From contig CAMARW010000001.1 in the NCBI GenBank assembly GCA_945860865.1, forward strand, positions 336,294 to 400,293: a stretch of 64,000 bases of DNA, in the 5' to 3' direction. The stretch comes from Chitinophaga pinensis (GTDB lineage Bacteria > Bacteroidota > Bacteroidia > UKL13-3). Below the pieces are notes generated by a model, which worked only from the letters and a program-made list of their open reading frames with translations, was not told the DNA's origin and did not search any database. The translations under genes were made by a program, and so were the position numbers. Shown here piece by piece: positions 30,722-39,633 of the stretch (within the stretch, counting starts at the first letter, position 1; the number at the start of each line of letters is the position of its first letter).

Positions 30722-30930
30722 TATTTTTTGATACGATTAGCTTCAATCATTTTGAAAGCTTCCTCTATATCAATCGAAGGTTCGTCAGTTTTTTTTGCTT
30801 CATCAAAAAGCTTAATGTCTTCTAACTCGTCTAATTCATCCATAATTGCTTTAAAATCCTTAATAGGAATAACCACTGAGATTTTTTTTCCAATATTATC
30901 TGTGATAAATTGAGGCGATATGGTAAGCAT
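30721..30930 (-). CDS. putative antitoxin partner of the RelE/ParE toxin
   Basis: 69-aa acidic protein. Its stop overlaps the toxin start by 1 nt (ATGA-type coupling). Confidence 0.65.
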   Translation of the reverse strand: MLTISPQFITDNIGKKISVVIPIKDFKAIMDELDELEDIKLFDEAKKTDEPSIDIEEAFKMIEANRIKK

Positions 30931-31138
30931 TTTTTCTGAAATTTAAATAGGAATAAAATTGTTCTCTTCTTATTACAAATATAAAATAAAATTTCTACAA
31001 AAAATAAACTCTTAATGCATTATATTACTTATTGGGGAAATCTCATGCTTTTTCTTGGATAGCCATAAATTCAATATTAAAATTTACCTAATCAATTATA
31101 ACAAAACAAACCTTAGCTTTGTTAACAAATTATAAATC

Positions 31139-32431
31139 ATGGATTACCACAATAAAAATTTGCCACATTTAATTGTTATTGGGGGCGGATTTGCCGGTAT
31201 AGAACTGATAAAAAAGTTAAAAGGGAAACCCATTCGGGTAACTGTTTTTGATAAGAATAATTACTTTAATTTTCAACCGCTCATGTACCAAGTGGCCTCT
31301 GGTGGCTTGGGTCCGGATGCCATTGCTTACCCATTGCGCAAAATTATTGGGAGTATGCCCAATGTGGCTTTTAGAATGGCAGAAGTAAACAAAATAGATA
31401 CAGTTGCTAATAAAATTGAAACAAGCATTGGTGCCTTTGAGTTTGATTATTTATGCATTGCCACAGGTGCTCAAACTAATTTTTTTGGTAATAAAGAGTT
31501 GGAGAAACATTGCATGCAGCTAAAGTCGATCCCAGATGCTTTAGATTTACGTAGCGATATATTGCAAGAATTTGAAAAGGCTTTAAATGAAAGTAATGGC
31601 AACTCCATTGAGCGTATCTTAAATTTTGTAGTAGTAGGGGGTGGTCCAACCGGAGTAGAAACAGCCGGGGCACTGGCCGAGATTAAGAAGCATGTGCTGC
31701 CTTCTGATTATAGCGAGTTAGATGCCAAGAAAATGCAGGTATATTTGGTAGAAGCAGCGCCAAGAGTTTTGTCTGCCATGAGCGAAATTTCTTCCAAAAA
31801 AGCAAAAGAGTTTTTAGAAGAATTAGACGTTCATGTTTTGTTAAATACCTCCGTACAAGCATACCAAGTTGAAACGGGTGAGTTATTGTTAAGTTCGGGT
31901 CAGACCTTAAAAACAGATACCGTTATTTGGAGTGCTGGCGTTAAAGGAAAAACCATTCCGGGCATACCAGAAAATGTATTGGCCCGCGGCAACCGTTACC
32001 AAGTAGATGCTTATAACCGAATAGAAGGCTTTAAAAATATTTTTGCCATTGGCGATATTGCCTATATGAGCACTGATAAAGCTTACCCCAACGGACACCC
32101 CATGGTGGGTACGGTTGCCCAACAACAAGGAAAGCTTTTGGCTAAAAACATATTAAATGAACTCAATAGCAAACCCATGAAACCATACACTTATCTAAAC
32201 TTAGGTAGCATGGCAACGGTGGGAAGACACAAGGCGGTATTGGAGGTTTTCGGGATTAAATTACAAGGTTTCCTAGCTTGGTTGGGTTGGATGTTTTTAC
32301 ACTTAATGTTGCTGGTAGGCTTTAGAAGCAGGCTAATTGTGTTTACCAATTGGATGTGGAATTACTTTAGCTACCAGCGAGCCATCAGAATTATTACTAG
32401 GCCCTTTGTGCCGAAAAGTAAAGATTCCTAA
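31139..32431 (+). CDS. ndh: NAD(P)/FAD-dependent oxidoreductase, type II NADH:quinone oxidoreductase (Ndh-2)-like
   Basis: Two dinucleotide-binding motifs ('LVIGGGFAGIEL', 'VVVGGGPTGVETAGALAE') and a C-terminal amphipathic/hydrophobic tail. 430 aa. Confidence 0.8.
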   Translation: MDYHNKNLPHLIVIGGGFAGIELIKKLKGKPIRVTVFDKNNYFNFQPLMYQVASGGLGPDAIAYPLRKIIGSMPNVAFRMAEVNKIDTVANKIETSIGAFEFDYLCIATGAQTNFFGNKELEKHCMQLKSIPDALDLRSDILQEFEKALNESNGNSIERILNFVVVGGGPTGVETAGALAEIKKHVLPSDYSELDAKKMQVYLVEAAPRVLSAMSEISSKKAKEFLEELDVHVLLNTSVQAYQVETGELLLSSGQTLKTDTVIWSAGVKGKTIPGIPENVLARGNRYQVDAYNRIEGFKNIFAIGDIAYMSTDKAYPNGHPMVGTVAQQQGKLLAKNILNELNSKPMKPYTYLNLGSMATVGRHKAVLEVFGIKLQGFLAWLGWMFLHLMLLVGFRSRLIVFTNWMWNYFSYQRAIRIITRPFVPKSKDS

Positions 32432-32495
32432 TTTTTTTTCTCTTCAGGCAACCATTTGTTACTTTGTGGCATTATAGCAGTAAATAAAGCTAAAC

Positions 32496-33047
32496 GTGCA
32501 ATTAAACAAAGAACATTTAAAGCTATTAAAGCAAGGTGATGCCAAAACCCAGCAATGGGTTTTTGAAACTTTGTATGCTAAAATGTTTAGGGTTTGCCTG
32601 CGGTATTTGGTGCGCACCGATGAGGCTGAAGACTGCCTCATGAAAGGCTTTATGAAGGCTTTCCAGCAATTAGATACTTTCACTTATGCGCACGAACAAA
32701 GTTTTGTTCATTGGCTAAAGCGCATTATGGTTAACGAGAGTTTAATGGCTTTGCGCAAACAACAAAATTTAAGTTTGGCAAGTATTTCAGATGAGTTGGA
32801 AGTGGGATGGGATGATGATTTTCTAGCCCATATTGCGGCTAAAGATTTGCTCGATGCATTGCTTAAATTACCCACGGGCTACCGTACTGTTTTTAATTTA
32901 TTTGTGGTAGAAGGCTATACGCATCAAGAAATTGCAGCCGAGTTAAACATGAGCGAAAGTACCAGCAAATCTCAATTGTTTAAGGCCAAACAACGCTTAC
33001 AATTAATTTTGTCGAAAACACAATATGGCTATGGAAAAGCAAAATAA
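32496..33047 (+). CDS. RNA polymerase ECF-type sigma-70 factor
   Basis: Region 2 and region 4 are recognisable, including an HTH 'GYTHQEIAAELNMSESTSKSQLFKAKQRL'. GTG start. Confidence 0.8.
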   Translation: MQLNKEHLKLLKQGDAKTQQWVFETLYAKMFRVCLRYLVRTDEAEDCLMKGFMKAFQQLDTFTYAHEQSFVHWLKRIMVNESLMALRKQQNLSLASISDELEVGWDDDFLAHIAAKDLLDALLKLPTGYRTVFNLFVVEGYTHQEIAAELNMSESTSKSQLFKAKQRLQLILSKTQYGYGKAK

Positions 33048-33636
33048 ACAGGTTCAGGATATGCTAGATTCCTTAGACGATTTACCTTTGGAAAACACCC
33101 CCAATGTGGCAAGTAAGTGGGAAATTTTAGCCATGGGTTTGCAAGGTAAAAAGCCTGCCAAAAAATCGAGCTTAATGGTATATATCATTGGTATGGCTGC
33201 TTCGTTTTTAGCTGTACTAATTTTCTTTTGGTCTGAACCTAAACAGGGTTTACCAATTGCACAAGTTGCCAATAAAATCGTGGAAAAGCCGCTGTATTTA
33301 TCGCCAAGCAAGGCAATAAAAAATTCCGTTTTAAAGCCGATAAACAAGAAAAAAAATGTTGTAAAAATGAATGTTGTTGAGCCACCTGTTTTGGTTCAGG
33401 CCATAGATAGTTTTTTACCTTTAGAATCAACTAAGTTGCTTAGCAATCAAGAGCCAGTAAAAGTAAAACCGCGATATGTAGAAATAGACTTTACCAATGA
33501 GGTTTATGCGGCTAAATTTCCATCAGCCAATACAAGCGAAAAATTAGTGCAATTTCGATTTTTTAAATCTGAAATTAGCAACCCTACCAATACCCAAGGA
33601 GGATCTTCTTTACTGCAGTTTAAAACAAATTTTTAA
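33025..33636 (+). CDS. putative anti-sigma factor, single-pass membrane protein
   Basis: Overlaps the 3' end of the ECF sigma gene. It has one TM helix ('LMVYIIGMAASFLAVLIFFW') and a short N-terminal cytoplasmic segment. Confidence 0.55.
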   Translation: MAMEKQNKQVQDMLDSLDDLPLENTPNVASKWEILAMGLQGKKPAKKSSLMVYIIGMAASFLAVLIFFWSEPKQGLPIAQVANKIVEKPLYLSPSKAIKNSVLKPINKKKNVVKMNVVEPPVLVQAIDSFLPLESTKLLSNQEPVKVKPRYVEIDFTNEVYAAKFPSANTSEKLVQFRFFKSEISNPTNTQGGSSLLQFKTNF

Positions 33637-33642
33637 TGAATA

Positions 33643-34689
33643 ATGAGTATGAGAATTAAAATTATTTTAGCATTGGCTTTATCTTGGTTTTGTTTGAACC
33701 AAAAGGTTTTGGCACAGGCGCAATGGTATGCAGATGTAGATTTTCCTGAGGATGTTTATTTTGATACCTTGCATATTGTTTTGCCCGGTAATGATAAAGT
33801 TTTGATATTGGGCAAAGAGTTTAAGGAGCTAAAGATTTTTGCCGACAAAGCAGAAGCTTTAAAAACAACTTTTATAGCCGATTTAAAAGCTGCTTATGCC
33901 AGCGGAAAATTATCTGCCGATGCCCAAGAAGTATATTACTTTTATAAAAATGCCGCACAGCGGAGAGTTAAGGCCGAAGCCGCAGAGTACACAGAGAAAC
34001 GCGTAGATGTAGCCCAAGAGATGTTGCGCATGGATTTGTTGTTGCCCAAACACAAGTTTGTAATCCTTGATATGGAGAATAAAATGGAGTGGCAATTGTA
34101 TGTAAATAATCCAGATAGTTTGGCTTTTAAATTGGAAAATACCAATATAAAACAAGCCATTGAAGTGGGTACTGCCAATAAAAAATATAGACGTCAAAGC
34201 ACACAACTCTGGGTAGATACCGATAGCAGTGCTTACAGCCTACTACATTTTCAACACAAGAGGTCCTTATCGTTTTCGGTTGGACCCAGGGTTGGTTTAT
34301 CCGTAATTGGGAGTAAAATTGCGCCTAATTTAGGTATTTGGGCTATGTTTCAACACCAAGGAAAATATGGTACATCGCCTTATAAATTTGGTTTAGGTTT
34401 AACCGAATATATTTTTGCAGATTTTGATGAAGGCAAAATTAGTAATTACCAAGAAACCCGTGCCATTGAGGCAATGCTTATGTTTAATACAGGCTGGCGT
34501 TCTAAAAATGCCAAATGGTTTGGCTTGCAAGGTGGAATTATTCAGAGCTCTGCAGAAAATGAATTACATAATGCCGCTAAATTTAGTGTTATTTCAAATG
34601 GATATGGTCCGTTCGGTTGGACGTTCGATATGATTACTACAAGAAGCAATAAATTAGTATACGGAGTAACCCTTAACTTACCATTTTAA
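33643..34689 (+). CDS. secreted protein, putative outer-membrane beta-barrel
   Basis: Signal peptide 'ALALSWFCLNQKVLAQA'. The C-terminal half has alternating Gly/aromatic residues and the protein ends in Phe ('TLNLPF'), which is typical of OM beta-barrels. Confidence 0.55.
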   Translation: MSMRIKIILALALSWFCLNQKVLAQAQWYADVDFPEDVYFDTLHIVLPGNDKVLILGKEFKELKIFADKAEALKTTFIADLKAAYASGKLSADAQEVYYFYKNAAQRRVKAEAAEYTEKRVDVAQEMLRMDLLLPKHKFVILDMENKMEWQLYVNNPDSLAFKLENTNIKQAIEVGTANKKYRRQSTQLWVDTDSSAYSLLHFQHKRSLSFSVGPRVGLSVIGSKIAPNLGIWAMFQHQGKYGTSPYKFGLGLTEYIFADFDEGKISNYQETRAIEAMLMFNTGWRSKNAKWFGLQGGIIQSSAENELHNAAKFSVISNGYGPFGWTFDMITTRSNKLVYGVTLNLPF

Positions 34690-35153
34690 CAACAATTACC
34701 GCCTGGAGTGCATTTTGGCTGGCTATTTACTTCTGCTAAATTAATTTTCAGTTTTTCTGCAGGAATACCGCAACTATCTTGCGCTAAACAAGCCGTTGTA
34801 GTTGCATGTAAAACAAAGCTTTTGCCATTAAATGTCAAACTATATTTGCCAATCGTTTCGCCTTGGTATTCTACCTCAATTTCGCCATCTACTAAGCCCA
34901 GTTTTTCTTCAGAAAGTTGTATAATGTTTAACAGTTTTGTAGGCTTTAAACGGTGGTCTAAATCGTTAGCATTCCATAATTGAAAATTTACTTTTTGCTC
35001 GGTTCTAATTACCCCGCCACAATCAATAAAATGTTTTTGAACAGAACCCACCTCCGTAACATGAAAATGATCGGGAACACTGTTGCCATTATCCAAAACA
35101 AAAGCCACATTTTCTAACTGTGGTAAAATGGTCTTTATCTCTGCTAATCTCAT
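34686..35153 (-). CDS. DUF6428 family protein (ArsR-associated)
   Basis: 155 aa with a conserved Cys-rich C-terminus ('CGIPAEK...CTPGGNCC') and 'HFHVTEVG'. This family is typically encoded next to ArsR in Bacteroidetes ars loci. The family was recognised from memory. Confidence 0.65.
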   Translation of the reverse strand: MRLAEIKTILPQLENVAFVLDNGNSVPDHFHVTEVGSVQKHFIDCGGVIRTEQKVNFQLWNANDLDHRLKPTKLLNIIQLSEEKLGLVDGEIEVEYQGETIGKYSLTFNGKSFVLHATTTACLAQDSCGIPAEKLKINLAEVNSQPKCTPGGNCC

Positions 35154-35204
35154 ATTATTATTTTAAATCTCAAATCCAAAATCTCAAATCCCAAATTTCA
35201 AAAC

Positions 35205-35537
35205 TCAACAACAGCTATTTTTATTAGCTTCTAATTGTTGGCTTATGTTATCAAAATACAATGCTAAGTGATGAATGGCTTTGTCTTCTATGCAATAACA
35301 AATTGCGCTTCCGCTTATTTTACCTTTGATTATACCTGCCTTTTTTAGCTCTTTTAAGTGCTGTGAAATGGTTGCCTGTGCCAATGGCAATACGTTTACA
35401 ATGTCTCCACATATGCAGGTTTTCACCTGCAATAAATGCCCAATAATAGCAATGCGTGCTGGGTGCCCCATGGCTTTAAACATATTGGCCATTTGGTTCT
35501 GTTCTTCACTAAAATATTCTGTTTTGCTGTAACCCAT
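35205..35537 (-). CDS. ArsR/SmtB family metalloregulator
   Basis: HTH 'LPLAQATISQHLKELKKAGII' and a metal-site-like 'CICGDI'. The start was placed at the internal ATG (35537). The ORF track extends to 35582. Confidence 0.8.
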   Translation of the reverse strand: MGYSKTEYFSEEQNQMANMFKAMGHPARIAIIGHLLQVKTCICGDIVNVLPLAQATISQHLKELKKAGIIKGKISGSAICYCIEDKAIHHLALYFDNISQQLEANKNSCC

Positions 35538-35625
35538 ATATGTATTTATATCGCAATATAACGATAATTGGGTTGATAACAAGTTTAATATCTATTTTAG
35601 CCGCTTTATTTGAAAAGTTTGCAAC

Positions 35626-38010
35626 ATGAAACAAAAGTTTTTATTACTCACCTCTGTGCTTTTACTATTTTTTGCGGGTATTGGATCGGCCCAGCCATTA
35701 ACGCAAACGGTTAGGGGAACTATACTTGATAAAGAAACGCAGGAGCCGCTTATTGGCGCAACGGTGCAATTAAAAACGGCCGATGGAAAAGTTTTGGGTA
35801 CCAGCACAGATGCTTTGGGTAAGTTTAAAATCTTGGGTGTTCCGCTGGGCAGGGTAAGCATGCAAATGAGTTACGTGGGTTACGAGTCTTTACCATTGTC
35901 TGATGTTTTGGTGCATTCTGCTAAAGAAGTTGTTTTACAAATTGTAATGGTAGAAAAAGCGCTGGCTGTTAAAGAGGTTTTGGTTCAGGCTAATAAAGAT
36001 AAAGCGCGTTTAAACAATGAATTGGTTTTGGTAAGCGGCAGAAGTTTTTCGGTAGACCAAGTAAACAGGTATGCGGGTGGGTTTAACGACCCCAGTAGAA
36101 TGGCAGCCAATTTTGCGGGTGTGGCCGGTGGGGGAAACGACCAACGCAATGATATTGTAATTAGGGGAAATTCTCCTTTGGGTTTGTTGTGGCGTTTAGA
36201 GGGTGCAGATATTCCTAATCCCAATCACTTTGGTAGTCAGGGTGCCAATGGTGGTCCGGTTAGTATTATAAACACCAATATGCTTTCTAATTCCGATTTT
36301 TTAACGGGTGCTTTTCCGGCAGAATATGGCAATGCCCAAGCGGGTGTGTTCGACTTAAAATTGCGCAATGGTAATAATGAAAAACGCGAATTTATTGGTC
36401 AGGTTGGCTTTGGCGGTTTAGAACTTTTAGCTGAAGGTCCGATACAAAAATCAAAGGGATCTTCTTTCATGATGAGTTACCGTTACAGTACCCTAAGTTT
36501 GTTTAGTGCCGTTGGGATAAAATTTGGTAATGCGGGCATTCCCAATTACCAAGATGTTAGTTTTAAGTTTCATTTTCCACAAACTAAGTTAGGTTCTTGG
36601 AGCTTTTTTGGCATAGGTGGCAACAGTAATACCCAATTATTAGATAGTAAAAAGGAAGGCGCCGAGCGTCAAAATATCGGTTTTGCCCAAGATATAGATT
36701 TTGGTTCAGCCATGGGCGTAGTGGGTGTTACAAATGTTTTTAGATTGGGCACTAAGGCCTTTGTTAAAACTATTGTTTCTGGTTCTGGAGAAACCAATAC
36801 GGTAAGGGTGGATTCTTTAAGTAGAAACAATGTGCCTTTTTATTTATTGGGAAGATCTACCGCCAATGTGAGGCAAAGTATGCACAGTTTTATAAACTAT
36901 AAACGCAATGCCCAGCAAAGCATAAAAGCAGGTTTCATTTTAAACCGTTTAAGTGGCAGTATGTACGATAGCATTTGGTTAAACCCATTACAAAATTATT
37001 TTAGTAGATTATCTTTTAATGAACACAGTTTTTTAAGTCAGGCTTACCTTAACTACAACCACAGATTGGGTGCAAGATTAAGCGTTAATGCCGGTTTGCA
37101 CCTCAGTTATTTGCATTTAAACAATACACATGGGTTTGATCCAAGGGCAAGTATACGGTATCAATTAAATGCCAATCATACCCTATCTTTTGGCTATGGT
37201 AAGCACAGTCAGATACAACCTTTATTAACCTATTTTACCCGAACATTAGTAGATACCGCTAAACAGGTTTATGCCAATACCAATAAAGATTTGGCCATGA
37301 GCAATGCGCATCATTTTGTGTTGGGATACGATTGGATGCTGGGTTCGCAAACACGATTAAAGTTTGAAAGCTATTACCAAAGATTGGATAATTTGCCAGT
37401 AACACAAAATGCATCTTCGTTTTCAACCCTCAATTTTGGGGCAGATTTTGTGCCTGTTTATGCAGATAGTTTGCGCAATGGCGGCAAAGGGTATAACTAT
37501 GGCTTAGAGATAACCTTAGAGCGTTTTATGAGTAAGGGATTATACTATTTACTTACAGGTAGTTTTTACCAAAGTAAATACCAAGCCAGCGATTTGGTTT
37601 GGCGCAATACAGCCTTTAATGGAAACTTTGTAGTAAACGGATTAATAGGGAAAGAATGGCAAGTGGGTAAATCAAAAAACAACGTGCTGGGTGCCAATAT
37701 AAAAGTGGTTTACAGCGGTGGCAGAAGGTTTATTCCCATAGATGAGATTGCCTCAAAGGCAAGTGGAGGTGTGGTTTTTAAAGAAAATTTGGCTTACCAA
37801 AACAGGTTGCCCGATTTTTTTAGAACCGATTTTAAAATAAGTTTCAGGCAAAATGCCAAACGTTTCACGCAAGAATTTGCCATCGAAATCCAAAATATTT
37901 TTAACACGCAAAATGTGCTGAACCAAATCTGGAACCCCGCAACCGGAAGCATGCAAACAAATTACCAGATTGGATTTTTCCCTGTGCCGTTTTATCGGAT
38001 TTATTTTTAG
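35626..38010 (+). CDS. TonB-dependent receptor with an N-terminal carboxypeptidase-regulatory-like domain
   Basis: Signal peptide, then a CarbopepD_reg-like segment 'VRGTILDKETQEPLIGATVQL', a plug and a large beta-barrel, with a C-terminal aromatic residue ('YRIYF'). 794 aa. No adjacent SusD-like gene. Confidence 0.8.
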   Translation: MKQKFLLLTSVLLLFFAGIGSAQPLTQTVRGTILDKETQEPLIGATVQLKTADGKVLGTSTDALGKFKILGVPLGRVSMQMSYVGYESLPLSDVLVHSAKEVVLQIVMVEKALAVKEVLVQANKDKARLNNELVLVSGRSFSVDQVNRYAGGFNDPSRMAANFAGVAGGGNDQRNDIVIRGNSPLGLLWRLEGADIPNPNHFGSQGANGGPVSIINTNMLSNSDFLTGAFPAEYGNAQAGVFDLKLRNGNNEKREFIGQVGFGGLELLAEGPIQKSKGSSFMMSYRYSTLSLFSAVGIKFGNAGIPNYQDVSFKFHFPQTKLGSWSFFGIGGNSNTQLLDSKKEGAERQNIGFAQDIDFGSAMGVVGVTNVFRLGTKAFVKTIVSGSGETNTVRVDSLSRNNVPFYLLGRSTANVRQSMHSFINYKRNAQQSIKAGFILNRLSGSMYDSIWLNPLQNYFSRLSFNEHSFLSQAYLNYNHRLGARLSVNAGLHLSYLHLNNTHGFDPRASIRYQLNANHTLSFGYGKHSQIQPLLTYFTRTLVDTAKQVYANTNKDLAMSNAHHFVLGYDWMLGSQTRLKFESYYQRLDNLPVTQNASSFSTLNFGADFVPVYADSLRNGGKGYNYGLEITLERFMSKGLYYLLTGSFYQSKYQASDLVWRNTAFNGNFVVNGLIGKEWQVGKSKNNVLGANIKVVYSGGRRFIPIDEIASKASGGVVFKENLAYQNRLPDFFRTDFKISFRQNAKRFTQEFAIEIQNIFNTQNVLNQIWNPATGSMQTNYQIGFFPVPFYRIYF

Positions 38011-38180
38011 AATCTAGAGTCCAGAGTCCAGAATCCAGAATCCAGACTTTTTAGAAACGAGAAGCGAGAGAGGAGATTTTTGAATCTAGTTTATATTTTC
38101 CTTCTACTTGCAAAATGACTAAGTTTAATTCAAAATGCCAGAAGCCAGCTGCTAGAAGCTAGCAGCTAAAAACGAAGTAG

Positions 38181-38254
38181 TGGGCCCACCTGGAATCGAA
38201 CCAGGCACCTACTGATTATGAGTCAGTTGCTCTAACCGAATGAGCTATAGGCCC
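38181..38254 (-). tRNA. tRNA-Met (anticodon CAU), elongator type, or tRNA-Ile2 if lysidine-modified
   Basis: The reverse complement folds as a cloverleaf: 7-bp acceptor stem GGGCCUA/UGGGCCC, D-loop 'AGCUCAUUCGGUUAGAGC', anticodon stem-loop CUGAC-UCAUAAU-CAGUAG, and T-arm 'GGUUCGAUUCC'. A G1:C72 pair argues against an initiator tRNA. CCA is not encoded. Confidence 0.9.
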
Positions 38255-38275
38255 TGCTAACTGCTTAGCGAGGCG

Positions 38276-38306
38276 CAAAAATAATCTTTTTGTTAAATTG
38301 TACAAG
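38276..38306 (-). promoter_or_regulatory. putative Bacteroidetes sigma-A promoter for the tRNA-Met gene
   Basis: On the minus strand a TTG is followed 19 nt later by TATTTTTG, matching the -7 TAnnTTTG consensus, and this sits about 20 nt upstream of the tRNA 5' end. Confidence 0.4.
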
Positions 38307-38412
38307 ACTTTTTTAAAAGAGTTTGGAGGCCCGTTATGATTTAAGTTTTGAAATACTCTAGGTATGCCTTAATATTGACCAAGTTTAAATAGTACAGTAA
38401 ACTCACTTACTT

Positions 38413-38760
38413 ATGATTAGTTGGTTCGAAATACCGGTTTTAGATATTCACCGTGCCATGGAATTTTACCGTAAATTCTTGGAAGCAAATATCAATTTTC
38501 AGGATGCAGGCGATTTTAAGATGGCTATTTTAGGTGGCCAACAAGGCGCCTTAATTCAGCATAATGCCTACAAACCAAGTTTTGCAGGTGTGTTGGTTTA
38601 TATCCATTGTCATTTGCCTATACAAGAACAAATGGCATTGGCAGAAAGCTCAGGAGGTAAAATATTACGTCCGGCTGCACTCATTAGCGAAGATTTTGGT
38701 TATACTGGAATCATTGAAGATAGCGAGGGCAACCGCATTGGGCTGCACGGCAGAAACTAA
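38413..38760 (+). CDS. VOC (glyoxalase/bleomycin-resistance) family protein
   Basis: 115-aa protein of VOC-family length with a plausible N-terminal metal-site region 'WFEIPVLDIHRAMEFY'. Confidence 0.65.
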   Translation: MISWFEIPVLDIHRAMEFYRKFLEANINFQDAGDFKMAILGGQQGALIQHNAYKPSFAGVLVYIHCHLPIQEQMALAESSGGKILRPAALISEDFGYTGIIEDSEGNRIGLHGRN

Positions 38761-38766
38761 ATCACT

Positions 38767-39630
38767 ATGCCAAAGTTTAAGTGGTATTATCCCATTTTAG
38801 CGATACCGTTTTACTTGGTATCGCTCATGCCCATGTTTTTGTTGCACGGCTTGTCAGACCTGGCTCGCTTTTTATTTTTTAGCGTTTTTAATTACCGCAA
38901 GGAAGTGGTTTTTACCAACCTTAAAAATGCTTTTCCAGACAAAGACGAAGCTTGGATAAAGCAAACCGCGTATGCTTTTTATCAAAATTTGTTTGATACC
39001 ATTATAGAAACCATAGCCATGGCATCTGTAAGTAAGAAATTTTATAAAAAGCATATTCGTATACACAATTTAGATCTTTTAAACAGCTTAAACCAAAGGC
39101 CATTTATTTTGGTTTGCGGACATTTAGCTAATTGGGAGTGGGCCGGACAAGGTTTGCACCAAACAGGTACGCAAGTAGATGTATTGTATCATCCTTTAAG
39201 TAGTAAATGGTTTAATTGGTTTATGTATTTTATACGTTCGCGTTTTGGAATACACCCAATACCGATGCAGCATACCTTGAAAGAAATGCTAAATCGGAAA
39301 GAAATTCCCTCAGCCATTACTTTTATTGCCGATCAAACTGCTGGTCCAGACGCTTGCCATTGGATGACATTCTTGAACCAAGATACCCCCGTTTTTTTGG
39401 GGGTAGAAAAGATGGCACAAAAGCTTAATTACCCCATTGTTTATGGCGATATGTACAGGAGCAAGCGCGGGTATTACGATGTGTATTTCAAATTAATTAC
39501 GCTTGAACCCAAAAGTTTAAAGCCATTTGAAATTACTGAATTGCATACAAAAATGCTTGAAGAAAGTATTATAAAAAAACCTGAAGATTGGCTTTGGAGT
39601 CATAAGCGTTGGAAACATAAACGTAAATAA
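38767..39630 (+). CDS. lipid A biosynthesis (LpxL/HtrB-like) lysophospholipid acyltransferase family protein
   Basis: N-terminal membrane anchor and an acyltransferase 'HLANWEW' motif (HX4D-like region) typical of lauroyl/myristoyl acyltransferases. 287 aa. Confidence 0.7.
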   Translation: MPKFKWYYPILAIPFYLVSLMPMFLLHGLSDLARFLFFSVFNYRKEVVFTNLKNAFPDKDEAWIKQTAYAFYQNLFDTIIETIAMASVSKKFYKKHIRIHNLDLLNSLNQRPFILVCGHLANWEWAGQGLHQTGTQVDVLYHPLSSKWFNWFMYFIRSRFGIHPIPMQHTLKEMLNRKEIPSAITFIADQTAGPDACHWMTFLNQDTPVFLGVEKMAQKLNYPIVYGDMYRSKRGYYDVYFKLITLEPKSLKPFEITELHTKMLEESIIKKPEDWLWSHKRWKHKRK

Positions 39631-39633
39631 ACC

